The notes under the pieces were generated by a model that saw nothing but the letters and a program-made list of their open reading frames with translations, ran no database searches and was not told the origin of the DNA. From contig DATEGH010000116.1 of assembly GCA_035280185.1 (NCBI GenBank), forward strand, positions 1 through 51,158: a stretch of DNA of 51,158 nt. The letters are read 5' to 3'. Positions 27,107 to 36,500 of the stretch are shown here, piece by piece; the stretch's first letter is position 1, and every line of letters starts with the position of its first letter. Source of the DNA: Terriglobales bacterium. Lineage in GTDB: Bacteria; Acidobacteriota; Terriglobia; Terriglobales; Acidobacteriaceae. The position numbers and the translations under genes were made by a program.

Positions 27107-29130
27107 ACCGAGTGCCAAAAGTTGCTTTTCGCGCGGCAGTCACCGCGATCTTCTTATGCTTTGTTGGGGGCCGAGTGCAGGCACAAGCGCCTGCGGCGTC
27201 GCCCGCGCCTTCGCCGGCTGCCGCGAAAGCAGCCGCGGATGCCGAAGAGAACCCGTTTGCTCCGGAGCCCGCTCCGGCGCTGCCTCCGGGGATGACCGGC
27301 TCAAACGTGGACGATCCGCGAGCGAAGCTTTCGCCGGGATTGTATGACGCGGGCGAAGCGGCGATGGGCATAAAGCATCTTGAACTGGTGAAGAAGCCGG
27401 CGGCTTTCGAGCTTGGGGCGGACAGTCCGGACGATCCCAAAGTGGATAAGATGCTGAGCCAACTCGGCATGGGCAACAGGGCGGCGAAAATCCCCAAGGA
27501 GATGCATCTTGAACTGGCGCAACTTGCATTCGCGAATTCTGATCTGGCGTTCCAGGGGCACTATCTGTTCCAGGGGAATTTTTACGGCGTAAGCATCTTT
27601 GACATTTCCGATCCGGCGAATACCAAGCTGGTGACTTCGCTGGTTTGCCCGGGCGGGCAGGGCGATGTGTCTGTCTACAAAAACCTGCTCTTCATGTCAG
27701 TGGAGATGCCGAATGGACGCCTGGATTGCGGTGCGCAGGGATTTCCTCCGGGGCCGCCGCCAACTCCGGAAGAGGAGAAGTCGAAGAAAAGGCCGGTTCC
27801 TCCGGCGCAGAAAGACCGCTTCCGCGGCGTGAGAATCTTTGACATCTCCGACATCAGGAACCCGAAGCAGGTTGCGGCGGTGCAGACCTGCCGCGGGTCG
27901 CACACTCACACGCTGGTGGTGGACCCGAAGGATAAAAACAACGTTTACATCTACGTCTCCGGTACATCGTATGTGCGGAAGGCGGAAGAACTGGCGGGAT
28001 GCTCCGGAGAAGAGCCGGACAAAGATCCCAACACGGCGTTGTTCCGCATTGATGTGATCAAGGTTCCGCTGGCGGCGCCGCAGGAGGCGAAGATTGTTTC
28101 CAACCCGCGCGTATTCATGGACGCGCGGACCGGGGCGATCAACGGCTTGAACAACGGAGGCACGCACGGAAAACCAGGCTCGGAGAAGCCGAAAGACACG
28201 AACCAGTGCCACGACATTACGGTTTATTCGGCAATCGGATTGGCGGCAGGCGCGTGCTCAGGAAACGGAATCGTGCTCGACATCAAAGACCCAGTGCATC
28301 CCAAGCGCGTGGATGCAGTGAACGATCCGAATTATTCCTACTGGCATTCGGCGTCGTTCTCGAACGATGGAACCAAAGTCGTCTTCACTGACGAGTGGGG
28401 CGGCGGCCTGGGGCCGCGGTGCCGTCCGAACGATCCAAACGTGTGGGGCGCGGATGCGATTTTCGGCCTGCAAGGCGACAAGCTGACATTCGACAGCTAT
28501 TACAAGATGCCGGCGGCGCAAAGTGACACGGAAAACTGCGTGGCGCACAACGGGTCGCTCATTCCCGTGCCGGGGCGCGATATTGAGGTCCAGGCGTGGT
28601 ACCAGGGCGGGATTTCAGTGATGGACTTCACCGATCCCAAGCATCCGAAGGAGATTGCTTATTTTGATCGCGGACCGATAGATCCCAAGATGCTGGTTCT
28701 GGGCGGCGACTGGTCAGCCTACTGGTACAACGGCAACATTTACGGCTCTGAGATTGCGCGCGGCCTGGATGTGTTCGAACTGACCCCGAGCGAATTCCTG
28801 ACTCAGAACGAGATTGACGCGGCCCGGGCGGTACACGTGAACACGTTGAACGTGCAGAACCAGCAGCGGATCGAGTGGCCCTCGACGCTGACGGTAGCAA
28901 AAGCGTATGTGGACCAGTTGTCACGTTCGCAGGCGCTGCCCGCAGATAAGGTTGCTGCTCTCAAGAACGCCATTCAGAGTGCTGAGAGTTCGCACATGAG
29001 CAAGAAGAGCCGCGGCAGCCTGAAGCACATGGCGTCAGCCTTGAATAAGGAAGCGGGTTCGGCCAAGAACCCGGCTGACTCAAAACGGCTGCGCGCGCTG
29101 GCTGCGATTCTGGAGCATCCGGCGGCATAG
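27103..29130 (+). CDS. LVIVD-repeat beta-propeller protein (secreted)
   Basis: Signal peptide. Recurring G..IFDISDP / GIVLDIKDP / GLDVFEL blades. ATGA overlap with the DUF305 gene. Confidence 0.68.
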   Translation: MNRVPKVAFRAAVTAIFLCFVGGRVQAQAPAASPAPSPAAAKAAADAEENPFAPEPAPALPPGMTGSNVDDPRAKLSPGLYDAGEAAMGIKHLELVKKPAAFELGADSPDDPKVDKMLSQLGMGNRAAKIPKEMHLELAQLAFANSDLAFQGHYLFQGNFYGVSIFDISDPANTKLVTSLVCPGGQGDVSVYKNLLFMSVEMPNGRLDCGAQGFPPGPPPTPEEEKSKKRPVPPAQKDRFRGVRIFDISDIRNPKQVAAVQTCRGSHTHTLVVDPKDKNNVYIYVSGTSYVRKAEELAGCSGEEPDKDPNTALFRIDVIKVPLAAPQEAKIVSNPRVFMDARTGAINGLNNGGTHGKPGSEKPKDTNQCHDITVYSAIGLAAGACSGNGIVLDIKDPVHPKRVDAVNDPNYSYWHSASFSNDGTKVVFTDEWGGGLGPRCRPNDPNVWGADAIFGLQGDKLTFDSYYKMPAAQSDTENCVAHNGSLIPVPGRDIEVQAWYQGGISVMDFTDPKHPKEIAYFDRGPIDPKMLVLGGDWSAYWYNGNIYGSEIARGLDVFELTPSEFLTQNEIDAARAVHVNTLNVQNQQRIEWPSTLTVAKAYVDQLSRSQALPADKVAALKNAIQSAESSHMSKKSRGSLKHMASALNKEAGSAKNPADSKRLRALAAILEHPAA

Positions 29131-29158
29131 GTTGGTTTGGAGTCGTTGAGGTTTTGCG

Positions 29159-29195
29159 GTGTGGCTGTCGAGTGCGGCAGCCACACTTATTTTTT
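29159..29195. terminator. hairpin + T-run terminator between convergent genes
   Basis: GTGTGGCTGTCG / CGGCAGCCACAC stem (1 mismatch), loop AGTG, then TTATTTTTT. The kinase gene ends 22 nt away on the other strand. Confidence 0.8.
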
Positions 29196-29216
29196 GGCGC
29201 TTCTGCGGCCGGATGC

Positions 29217-30605
29217 CTACTCCCAGTTCAGTTCCAGCCGTCGCCTTCTGAAGTCCAGTTGCAGGGCTTTGTGGCTGAAGGCGCGGAACTCGCCGGGAAT
29301 CGCTGTGTCGTGATCGAAGATGTTGCCGGGCGCGTCCACCTGCACGCGAACGGTGTGACGGCCGGCGCGGACTGGAATCGAGAGATCAATACTCTCGCCA
29401 GCGGAAGCGAACTGGTTGCCGGTGGTTGCAGGGGCATGCGACGGGCCGCGCAGTTCATCGTGGTAGCGCAGCTCGCCGTCGACCCAGATGTAGATCTGGC
29501 CGCTGCGAAAAGGATAGGTGCCCACAATGTCGAGCGTTGCCGGCATGGCAGGACTGGAAATCATCGCGACCAGACCTGCGGCGGTCATCAGCAACGCCAG
29601 AAGGCCCGCCGTTACCCAAAGCCAGCGGCGCATTTTGTAATTTCGCTTCGAAACTTTTTCGGAATGCTCCGCTGCGATTGCAATGGTTCGCTCGGTGCCG
29701 GATGAAATCATGACGGTCTTCGCTTGTGAGCGGGCAGCTCTGCCGGAGTTCACATCGTCGAGATCTGCGGCGAAGTCCTTTCCGGATTGGAATCGCTGCG
29801 TGGGATCTTTGGCCAGAGCGCGAGCAAGCACCTGATCGAATCCGGAGCCCAATCCGGGCGCGGCCTGGCTGGGAGCACGAGGCTCTTTGGTTGCAACCTG
29901 GATGGAAACCTCGGTGATGCTCTCTCCCGTAAACGGCTTCTGACCGGTGAAAAGCCAATAAGCGATGACGCCGAGCGAAAAAAGATCGGAGCGTCCGTCC
30001 ACCGGTTTGCCGCTGAGTTGCTCAGGCGACATGTAGGCCGGCGTTCCCAGAAGGTAGCCGGGAAGCGTGGCTTCAACCTGGGAAAGTTTGGCGATTCCAA
30101 AGTCCGCGATTTTGATCTGGCCATCACCGGTGACAAGAATGTTTGCCGGTTTGATATCGCGATGGACGATGCCGTGCGCGTGAGCGTAATCGAGCGCTGC
30201 GGCGATCTGCTGAATCAGGCTGATTGTCGTGTTACGGTCCAGAACGCCTTTATGATCCGCTGCAATGAACCGGTCGAGCGGCTTCCCATCGACATACTCC
30301 ATTACGATGAAAGGAGTATTGTTCGTGTGGTCCTCGTCAGCGTCGAAGATAGTCACAATGCCGGGATGGGAGAGGCGTCCGGCGGCCTGCGCTTCACGAT
30401 AGAAGCGCTGGCGATATTCCTCCATGATCTTGGGATCTGCGCCGGGAACAGCAATGGTCTTGATTGCTACAACGCGGTCGATACGCGGATCGCGCGCGCG
30501 GAACACTGCGCCCATAGCGCCGCGGCCAAGCTCGGCGACAATCTCGTAGCGCCCCAGTTGCTGGATTGCTTGCATGGGTTTCGACCGGATATTTGGGGGA
30601 TTCAC
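29217..30605 (-). CDS. Ser/Thr protein kinase with TM helix and extracytoplasmic PEGA-like beta domain
   Basis: GRGAMGAVF..VAIK, HRDIKPANIL, DFGIAK, TPAYMSPEQ. TM segment WLWVTAGLLALLMTAAGLVAMI. C-terminal YIWVDGEL...VRAGRHTVRVQV. Start is GTG at 30605 or ATG at 30575. Confidence 0.9.
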   Translation of the reverse strand: MNPPNIRSKPMQAIQQLGRYEIVAELGRGAMGAVFRARDPRIDRVVAIKTIAVPGADPKIMEEYRQRFYREAQAAGRLSHPGIVTIFDADEDHTNNTPFIVMEYVDGKPLDRFIAADHKGVLDRNTTISLIQQIAAALDYAHAHGIVHRDIKPANILVTGDGQIKIADFGIAKLSQVEATLPGYLLGTPAYMSPEQLSGKPVDGRSDLFSLGVIAYWLFTGQKPFTGESITEVSIQVATKEPRAPSQAAPGLGSGFDQVLARALAKDPTQRFQSGKDFAADLDDVNSGRAARSQAKTVMISSGTERTIAIAAEHSEKVSKRNYKMRRWLWVTAGLLALLMTAAGLVAMISSPAMPATLDIVGTYPFRSGQIYIWVDGELRYHDELRGPSHAPATTGNQFASAGESIDLSIPVRAGRHTVRVQVDAPGNIFDHDTAIPGEFRAFSHKALQLDFRRRRLELNWE

Positions 30606-30681
30606 CGGGATGTTAGCACGGTAACGAGGGCGTTTTTTGTTCGGTCAGCAGCCGTTGGTACAGTGTCCCGCAGAGTGCGAG

Positions 30682-31263
30682 TTACACGCTGCCGCCTTCG
30701 GCCTTGCTGCCCGGCTGGCGCAGGTCCAACGCAAGCCGGATCACATAGTGTACGCCGGAGACAATGGTGAGAAACATGGTCGCGTTGAAGCCGAACTGGC
30801 GTAGAAGCGCGATCCAGTGCTGGGCAGGAAAAATCTCATGCAGCAGGACCACGGGAATGGTCGCGATCTGCGACACGGTATTCGCTTTGCCGAACCAGCT
30901 CGGGCTGAAGGTCTTCATGGCTCCGGTGGCGTACAGCAAGGTGCAGACAATCAGGATCATGATGTCGCGGCTGAAGACCAGCACGGTGACCACCCATGGA
31001 ATCCGGTGCGTGAGCGAGAGCACCAGAAACATGGTGCTGAGCAGCAGCTTATCTGCGATTGGATCGAGCAATTGGCCGAGCGTGGTCTTCTGCTTCATGA
31101 GCCGCGCCAGTAAACCATCCAGACCATCGCTTACGCCGGCAGCAACAAAAATGCCGAATGCGATGGCGTAATGGTGCTGCTGCAGGGCGATGATGATGAA
31201 TGGGATAAAGACCAGCCGCAGCAGCGTAAGGATATTAGGAGCGGAGCCGAGTTGGCGGATCAT
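30682..31263 (-). CDS. pgsA: CDP-alcohol phosphatidyltransferase (PgsA-like)
   Basis: DGLDGLLAR....T.LGQLLDPIADKLL signature in a multi-TM protein. Confidence 0.82.
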   Translation of the reverse strand: MIRQLGSAPNILTLLRLVFIPFIIIALQQHHYAIAFGIFVAAGVSDGLDGLLARLMKQKTTLGQLLDPIADKLLLSTMFLVLSLTHRIPWVVTVLVFSRDIMILIVCTLLYATGAMKTFSPSWFGKANTVSQIATIPVVLLHEIFPAQHWIALLRQFGFNATMFLTIVSGVHYVIRLALDLRQPGSKAEGGSV

Positions 31264-31574
31264 GGTTCTGGCTCCTCCTGCTCACGAAAGAACTTTGCCA
31301 CGTTCTGGCCGGTCTTGGCGGCGAATTGTTCCGCCAACGACGGCAGCTCTCCGCTACGATTGTCAACTTCCATGCGCTGCACGCGGTGCATGGGAAAGAA
31401 CACCAGGCTGGCGTTGGCCGGCTCCCCGGCCTTCACCATTTGGGTGAAATCGTCGAGCGATTGCAGATCCACACCGCGAAGACTCACTCCCGCGGGAGTA
31501 AGAGAGAGCAGAATACCCCAGAACTTCTCTCGAGGATTCAGCAACGTGAGCAGGACGAGCTTTCCGGTATCCAT
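31260..31574 (-). CDS. small hypothetical protein (104 aa)
   Basis: Start trimmed to MDTGKLVLLTLL... (ATG at 31574). ATGA overlap with the pgsA start. No family recognised. Confidence 0.5.
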   Translation of the reverse strand: MDTGKLVLLTLLNPREKFWGILLSLTPAGVSLRGVDLQSLDDFTQMVKAGEPANASLVFFPMHRVQRMEVDNRSGELPSLAEQFAAKTGQNVAKFFREQEEPEP

Positions 31575-31641
31575 TGCGGCGGCAGTGCTCCTGCAACGAT
31601 TCTCAGGGCAGAGCCGCCGCTTTGGCAACCGGCGAAGAGAG

Positions 31642-32223
31642 TTAGTCGCGCGGTTGTCCCAGGCGGAATACCAGGCCGACGGAAAACCGGGGATGGCTTT
31701 CTCCGTTGCTGAAGAAGTTGGTATGCAACAGGTCCAGTTGTGCGCGGCCCGCCCAGCGCGGGCTGAAGTTGTAGTCGCCTCCGCCGCCCAGGACCCAGGA
31801 GAAGGAAGTGTCGTTATCGCTGACGCCGGCAGCGCTCAGTCCGGCGCGGCTCCCGCCCAGCAGCAGATGGCCGAAAGCATTCACCGGCTGGCTGGGCGAG
31901 CGCCAGGTCACTCGCGGCCCAAAGTCATAGTTGTAAAGGTTGCTGGTAATTTTGGTGGGAGTTCCGGGGAGCAGAATAGGCAGCGCGGTGAGATTCTGGG
32001 TTCCGTAGTGGCCGCTGAACTCGCCTTCCACGCCAATCCAGGAGCTACCAAGATTGTAATTGCCACTCAGGATCCAGCCGTTCAGGCCGGTATGAAAATT
32101 GCTGCTGTGAGAGTAGCCCGCAAAAACGTCAATCGGGGGCTGTTCATCAGGACTGACCTGCGCAAAAGCGAACGCACTGCTGAAGACGATGACGAAAATA
32201 ACCAGAAACCAGTTCTTTCTCAT
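31642..32223 (-). CDS. outer-membrane beta-barrel (porin-family/OmpA-like barrel) protein
   Basis: Start trimmed to MRKNWFLVIFVIVFSSAFAFAQ (signal peptide). Alternating Gly/aromatic beta-strand pattern, C-terminal ...GLVFRLG. Confidence 0.65.
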   Translation of the reverse strand: MRKNWFLVIFVIVFSSAFAFAQVSPDEQPPIDVFAGYSHSSNFHTGLNGWILSGNYNLGSSWIGVEGEFSGHYGTQNLTALPILLPGTPTKITSNLYNYDFGPRVTWRSPSQPVNAFGHLLLGGSRAGLSAAGVSDNDTSFSWVLGGGGDYNFSPRWAGRAQLDLLHTNFFSNGESHPRFSVGLVFRLGQPRD

Positions 32224-32409
32224 GGCTCTCCTTGCTGAAAGCACCGCGCGAGCGGACGCCGCCGGTGAAAATGAAGATGGAATTTGAGTTGGTACACTCT
32301 TTCAGCTTAGTCGCAGGAGACCCGTGCCTGGTTGCCCAGCATCTGTCATGAGAAGTAACTGATGAGATACGCCGTCTGCCGCGGCGTGATGTCGAGCGCG
32401 AAAATGTTT

Positions 32410-33159
32410 TCAGCTTGCGGCAGCGAGAGCCGGCTGATGAATGCTGAGTGCGAGTTCGGAATCGAACTGTTCGCTTGCTTCGCAGGGATGTCCCGCACGG
32501 TAGCGCATGGTCAGAACCTTTGAGCCACACACGATCTCGGTATAACTCACAGTTGCGGCGTCTTGCCGGTGCATGCAGAGACTGAAGGACCCCTGTTCCG
32601 GCGCATGCGACGCATGCAGACTGCGCAGCCATGGGAGTGATCCGGCATCGCGCATCTTCCAAGCCTCAGAGCAAGTGAGACCGCGTACTTCGCGCGCCAG
32701 TTCGTCAGAGATGCCGGAAGAAAACCAGTGGCGTGCGCGCCACGGCAAATGAAAAATCTCGAGGTGTTCCGCATCCCAGTTCCACTGGCAAATTGCATGC
32801 TCTCCGGGGAAGAACCCAACCAGCCGGAAAGGAAATATGTCGCGCAGGTGCATCCTGCTGATTCGCTGCTCAGCTTCGGAGCGGTTACAGCTTTCGAGCA
32901 GCGGAGGAATCATTTCTCCGCGGCTGCGCAGCTTTGGTGCTCTATCCGATGTTCGATTGCGGTTCAGCAGAGCGAAGCTGATTCCAGTCTCGTTGGCGCC
33001 GATCCAGGTGCCCCCCTCCTCTTCGCGAGGATAGAGCGCCTGCACTGTGCCGGCGCCAGTAATGCGCGGCGAGTAGGCGACCGGGCGAGTAAATCGTTCA
33101 TCGCGGTTCATTCCGATGACGTACGAATTTTTTCCGGGAACAAAGCTGAGAGTGCACAT
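32410..33159 (-). CDS. NRDE-family (TANGO2-like) protein
   Basis: N-terminal MCT... and the GMNRDE motif at residues 16-21. Confidence 0.8.
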   Translation of the reverse strand: MCTLSFVPGKNSYVIGMNRDERFTRPVAYSPRITGAGTVQALYPREEEGGTWIGANETGISFALLNRNRTSDRAPKLRSRGEMIPPLLESCNRSEAEQRISRMHLRDIFPFRLVGFFPGEHAICQWNWDAEHLEIFHLPWRARHWFSSGISDELAREVRGLTCSEAWKMRDAGSLPWLRSLHASHAPEQGSFSLCMHRQDAATVSYTEIVCGSKVLTMRYRAGHPCEASEQFDSELALSIHQPALAAAS

Positions 33160-33775
33160 GCTTTACGTCCGCTGCGTGAGGATGCCTAATATGATACTGC
33201 GATTGCGGGCAGGCAATTCAGAAGCAGAGTACGATTTTTGCGCGCTGCCACTCTTCCCTGATTTTGAAAATCGCAATTCACGAACGGTGATTCAATTTCA
33301 CACTCGCCGGGCCACCTTTATGTATCTTAGGGCGACACGAAAGCGCTCGACCTCAACCAGGAGGACGGACTGCGACGTCCCCTAAGGTGTCGGTCCGATC
33401 GACGGGAGGGCGTCATGGCCCAGCATTCGTTGGGTTGTCTGAAGGGCCAACTCTCAACTAGTACTTTGGTACAACATTAAGAATTTCATTAGTACATGGC
33501 CAGTTGGCGTAAAAAAGCGTCGGGTTTTCGCTGTCCAAAAGGCCAACTCCGGACCGCATAAAAACGGAAGAGAGTGCCGTAACGTACTAAAAAACAGCAA
33601 CTTACGCGATATTGTGCTTTCACGCCTTAGGGTTCCCAGCCACATTAAAAGATTTAACCCACTGCTAATGACGTTCTAATTGCCGCCGAGCAGAATTCGT
33701 GAAGCAGCGCCCCCCCAGGCTTCTGCAGTCGAGCACCGCAGAGTGACGACTTAGGGCAACTCTAGGAGAAAAATC
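33160..33775 (+). promoter_or_regulatory. long AT-rich leader/promoter region with recurring CTTAGGG heptamer
   Basis: 616 bp with no convincing CDS. CTTAGGG at 33326, 33626 and 33750, and its complement CCCTAAG at 33380. GCCAACT / AGTTGGC inverted repeat around 33446-33507. AGGAG RBS at 33764. Confidence 0.55.
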
Positions 33776-36391
33776 ATGAAACGGTCTTCCGGGACTCTGG
33801 CTTTGTTGCGCGTTTTTGTGGGCGCAGTTCTGGTGATTGCAGGCCTCGGCTATTACGCGCACGTTCGTGCCCAGAGTAACGACAATAATCCTAGTGGAGT
33901 AGGTTCCGTTATTGTTCCGCTGCGACCCCTGGCTCCGTTGTCCAGCGTTCCTGTTCCTCCCGTCTTCGGAATTGAAGGCATCGTTGCCGACAAAACCGCG
34001 GCGATCGAGCTGGGGAAAACTCTGTTTTGGGACATGCAGGCGGGCAGCGACGACATTCAAGCTTGCGCAAGCTGCCATTTCAATGCGGGCGCAGACAGCC
34101 GCGTACAAAACCAAGTCAACCCCGGCCAGGCCGGCGGTGACAACACTTTCCAGTTGGGCGTGAACATCAACGGTTCTGTTGGCCCGAACTACCACTACAA
34201 AGCAGGAAGTCCGGACGCCGGTTTTGGCGGCTACCATGACGGCGATTTCCCGTTCCGCAAAGTTGCGAACGAGAACGACCGCTTCAGCGTGATTTCCGAC
34301 GTTAACGACGTTTCCGGTTCCCAGGGAATCTTCCCGATGACCATGGGCCAGATTATTGTTGGCCGCCAGCGCCGGGACGGCTCCGTGGCGGGTAACAACG
34401 GCGCTCATGCCGGCGACAACAACTCGCCCGACCCCACAAACAACAGCGACCTGCCTCTGCGTGGTAATAACCCGCACAATTCCTCACCGAACGCTGCAGG
34501 GTCGTCTCACTTTTCCACGACACATGGTTCCACTTCAACCGGCGGCGGCTCGCGCGTGAGCGTGATCGGCAGCGACGTGACCAGCGCGGAAATTGATAAC
34601 CCAGTGGTTGACCCGGTGTTCTCTTATCCCGATCCAGCCAACCCGGGCGCGCGAATCAATACACGCAGGACGGGAGGCCGCAACGCTCCCAGTGTGGTGG
34701 ACGCGGTCTTCAACTATCGCAATTTCTGGGACGGCCGCGCGCAGAACGTCTGCAACGGCAACAATCCCTTTGGCGCGCGTGATAAGACAGCGCACCTCGC
34801 GGTGATGGAGCCCGATGGAACTCTCGGCGCCGCTCTGGTCAACATGGACAATTCCGCGCTGTGCTCGCAGTCGCTGGGACCGATCCTCAGCAACGCGGAG
34901 ATGTCGGCCGACGGCCGCAACCTGGCCCAGGTGGGAAGAAAGCTTCTGGCGCGCAAGCCGCTGGCCAAGCAATTCGTCGATCCCACGGACAGCATTCTGG
35001 GATCATTCTCCGCTGCTCCTGCGAATGGATTGACGGCCACCTATCCAGCGTTGATTGAGAAGGCGTTCCAGCCGGAGTGGTGGAACTTCAATCTCCACGT
35101 TTGCGAAGCGACGGACGGCAGCATCGCCTCCACCATCAACCCGGACAGAGGCAGATGTCCCTCCGGCACCACCGAGTACAGCCAGATGGAGTACAACTTC
35201 TCGCTCTTCTGGGGAGTTGCCATCCAGATGTACGAGAGCACGCTGATCGCAGATCAGACTCCGCTGGATAAGTATCTGGAGCAGCAAACCACATACACCC
35301 TGATCGGTGACAATCTTACTAATCAGTACACGATTCAACTGAAGCCCGGCGTTACTCCGTACACGATCTCGATCATTGGCCTGAACCCGACGCTCGATGC
35401 CAGCGATCAGGACATGTTTGCCTTCGACGATGGACAGGGCGTGATCCGCGGCGTCGGAGTGAACGGGGGCAGCATTAACTATGCAACCGGCACTTTGACC
35501 GTCTTCTTCGGCGAGCCGCCGGTATCTGAGGTTCCAGTCAAGATCGCCTATTCGAACGGCCCCACACCACTTACGCAGTCGCAGCTCCGCGGGCTGAATA
35601 TCTTCCAGACCAAAGGCCAGTGCGTGGTTTGCCACGGCGGGCCGGAGCTCTCGAACGCAACCGTCGGCACCGTCGGCGACGTGCCGGTGGAGCGCATGAT
35701 CATGGAAGACGATAGCGCCCGCGTGTATGACACCGGCTTCTACCACATCGGAATCCGGCCGACCGCGGAAGATGCGGGCTTGGGCGGGACCGATCCGGTC
35801 GCGGGCATGCCGCTGTCGCAAGCGGAAGTTCTGCGTGAAGATGCCTGCAAGGGCGGATTCGAGACAGTACTCGTTCCGGGACGCCGCGGTGATGGAATCG
35901 CAGCCTCTCCGATGAACTGCTCCGATCCGATTGCGCGCGGCGGCTTCTTCAAAGCTCCGCAGCTCCGCAACGTGGCGCTCACGGCTCCTTACTTCCATAA
36001 CGGAAGCCGTCTGACGCTCGAACAAGTGGTTGAGTTCTATAACCGCGGCGGCGATTTCAACACTGTAGATGAAGTCCAGTACATGGACCCCGACGTCGAG
36101 ATGCTGGGGCTCACCCGGCAGGATGAAGAGGACCTGGTGGACTTCCTGCGCAACGGCCTCACCGATCAACGCACGGTGAATCAGGCTGCGCCCTTCGATC
36201 ACCCGCAGTTGTTCACTCCGAACGGCCACCCTGCGGACAGCAACGGCTACCCGGTACAGAAAGATCCGCAGCATCCGGCTCAGGCCACAACCCAGTTTTT
36301 GGAAGTACCGGCGACCGGGGCCAACGGCGGCAAGCCGCTGCCAACCTTCTTAGAGAACCTGTTGGGGGTGAGCAATGCCAACCCGAAATAG
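33776..36391 (+). CDS. expanded di-haem cytochrome c peroxidase / MauG-family protein (871 aa)
   Basis: Signal peptide. CASCH at 34064-34078 and CVVCH at 35621-35635. [63 protein letters not shown] family motifs. Confidence 0.85.
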   Translation: MKRSSGTLALLRVFVGAVLVIAGLGYYAHVRAQSNDNNPSGVGSVIVPLRPLAPLSSVPVPPVFGIEGIVADKTAAIELGKTLFWDMQAGSDDIQACASCHFNAGADSRVQNQVNPGQAGGDNTFQLGVNINGSVGPNYHYKAGSPDAGFGGYHDGDFPFRKVANENDRFSVISDVNDVSGSQGIFPMTMGQIIVGRQRRDGSVAGNNGAHAGDNNSPDPTNNSDLPLRGNNPHNSSPNAAGSSHFSTTHGSTSTGGGSRVSVIGSDVTSAEIDNPVVDPVFSYPDPANPGARINTRRTGGRNAPSVVDAVFNYRNFWDGRAQNVCNGNNPFGARDKTAHLAVMEPDGTLGAALVNMDNSALCSQSLGPILSNAEMSADGRNLAQVGRKLLARKPLAKQFVDPTDSILGSFSAAPANGLTATYPALIEKAFQPEWWNFNLHVCEATDGSIASTINPDRGRCPSGTTEYSQMEYNFSLFWGVAIQMYESTLIADQTPLDKYLEQQTTYTLIGDNLTNQYTIQLKPGVTPYTISIIGLNPTLDASDQDMFAFDDGQGVIRGVGVNGGSINYATGTLTVFFGEPPVSEVPVKIAYSNGPTPLTQSQLRGLNIFQTKGQCVVCHGGPELSNATVGTVGDVPVERMIMEDDSARVYDTGFYHIGIRPTAEDAGLGGTDPVAGMPLSQAEVLREDACKGGFETVLVPGRRGDGIAASPMNCSDPIARGGFFKAPQLRNVALTAPYFHNGSRLTLEQVVEFYNRGGDFNTVDEVQYMDPDVEMLGLTRQDEEDLVDFLRNGLTDQRTVNQAAPFDHPQLFTPNGHPADSNGYPVQKDPQHPAQATTQFLEVPATGANGGKPLPTFLENLLGVSNANPK

Positions 36392-36500
36392 GTTCAGCGC
36401 AAGCCGCTGCTACTGGCCGCAGAGCCAGACGCAGCTATGTCCGGGAGAAAAAACAAAAAGCAGTGCCAGCAAATTGCAGCATGACGGAAGGAGCTTCAAA

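Noticed and set aside
29787-32238. Plus-strand ORFs 29787-30770 (327 aa) and 31171-32238 (355 aa)
   Set aside because: They are antisense to the Ser/Thr kinase, pgsA, the small ORF and the OM barrel gene. They show no recognisable domains and shadow-ORF composition.
33116-33645. ORFs 33116-33385 (+, 89 aa) and 33454-33645 (-, 63 aa) inside the AT-rich leader
   Set aside because: There is no RBS, the composition is odd (Arg/Thr/Phe-rich), one overlaps the NRDE gene start, and codon usage looks unlike neighbouring genes. Treated as non-coding, though a small regulatory peptide cannot be excluded.
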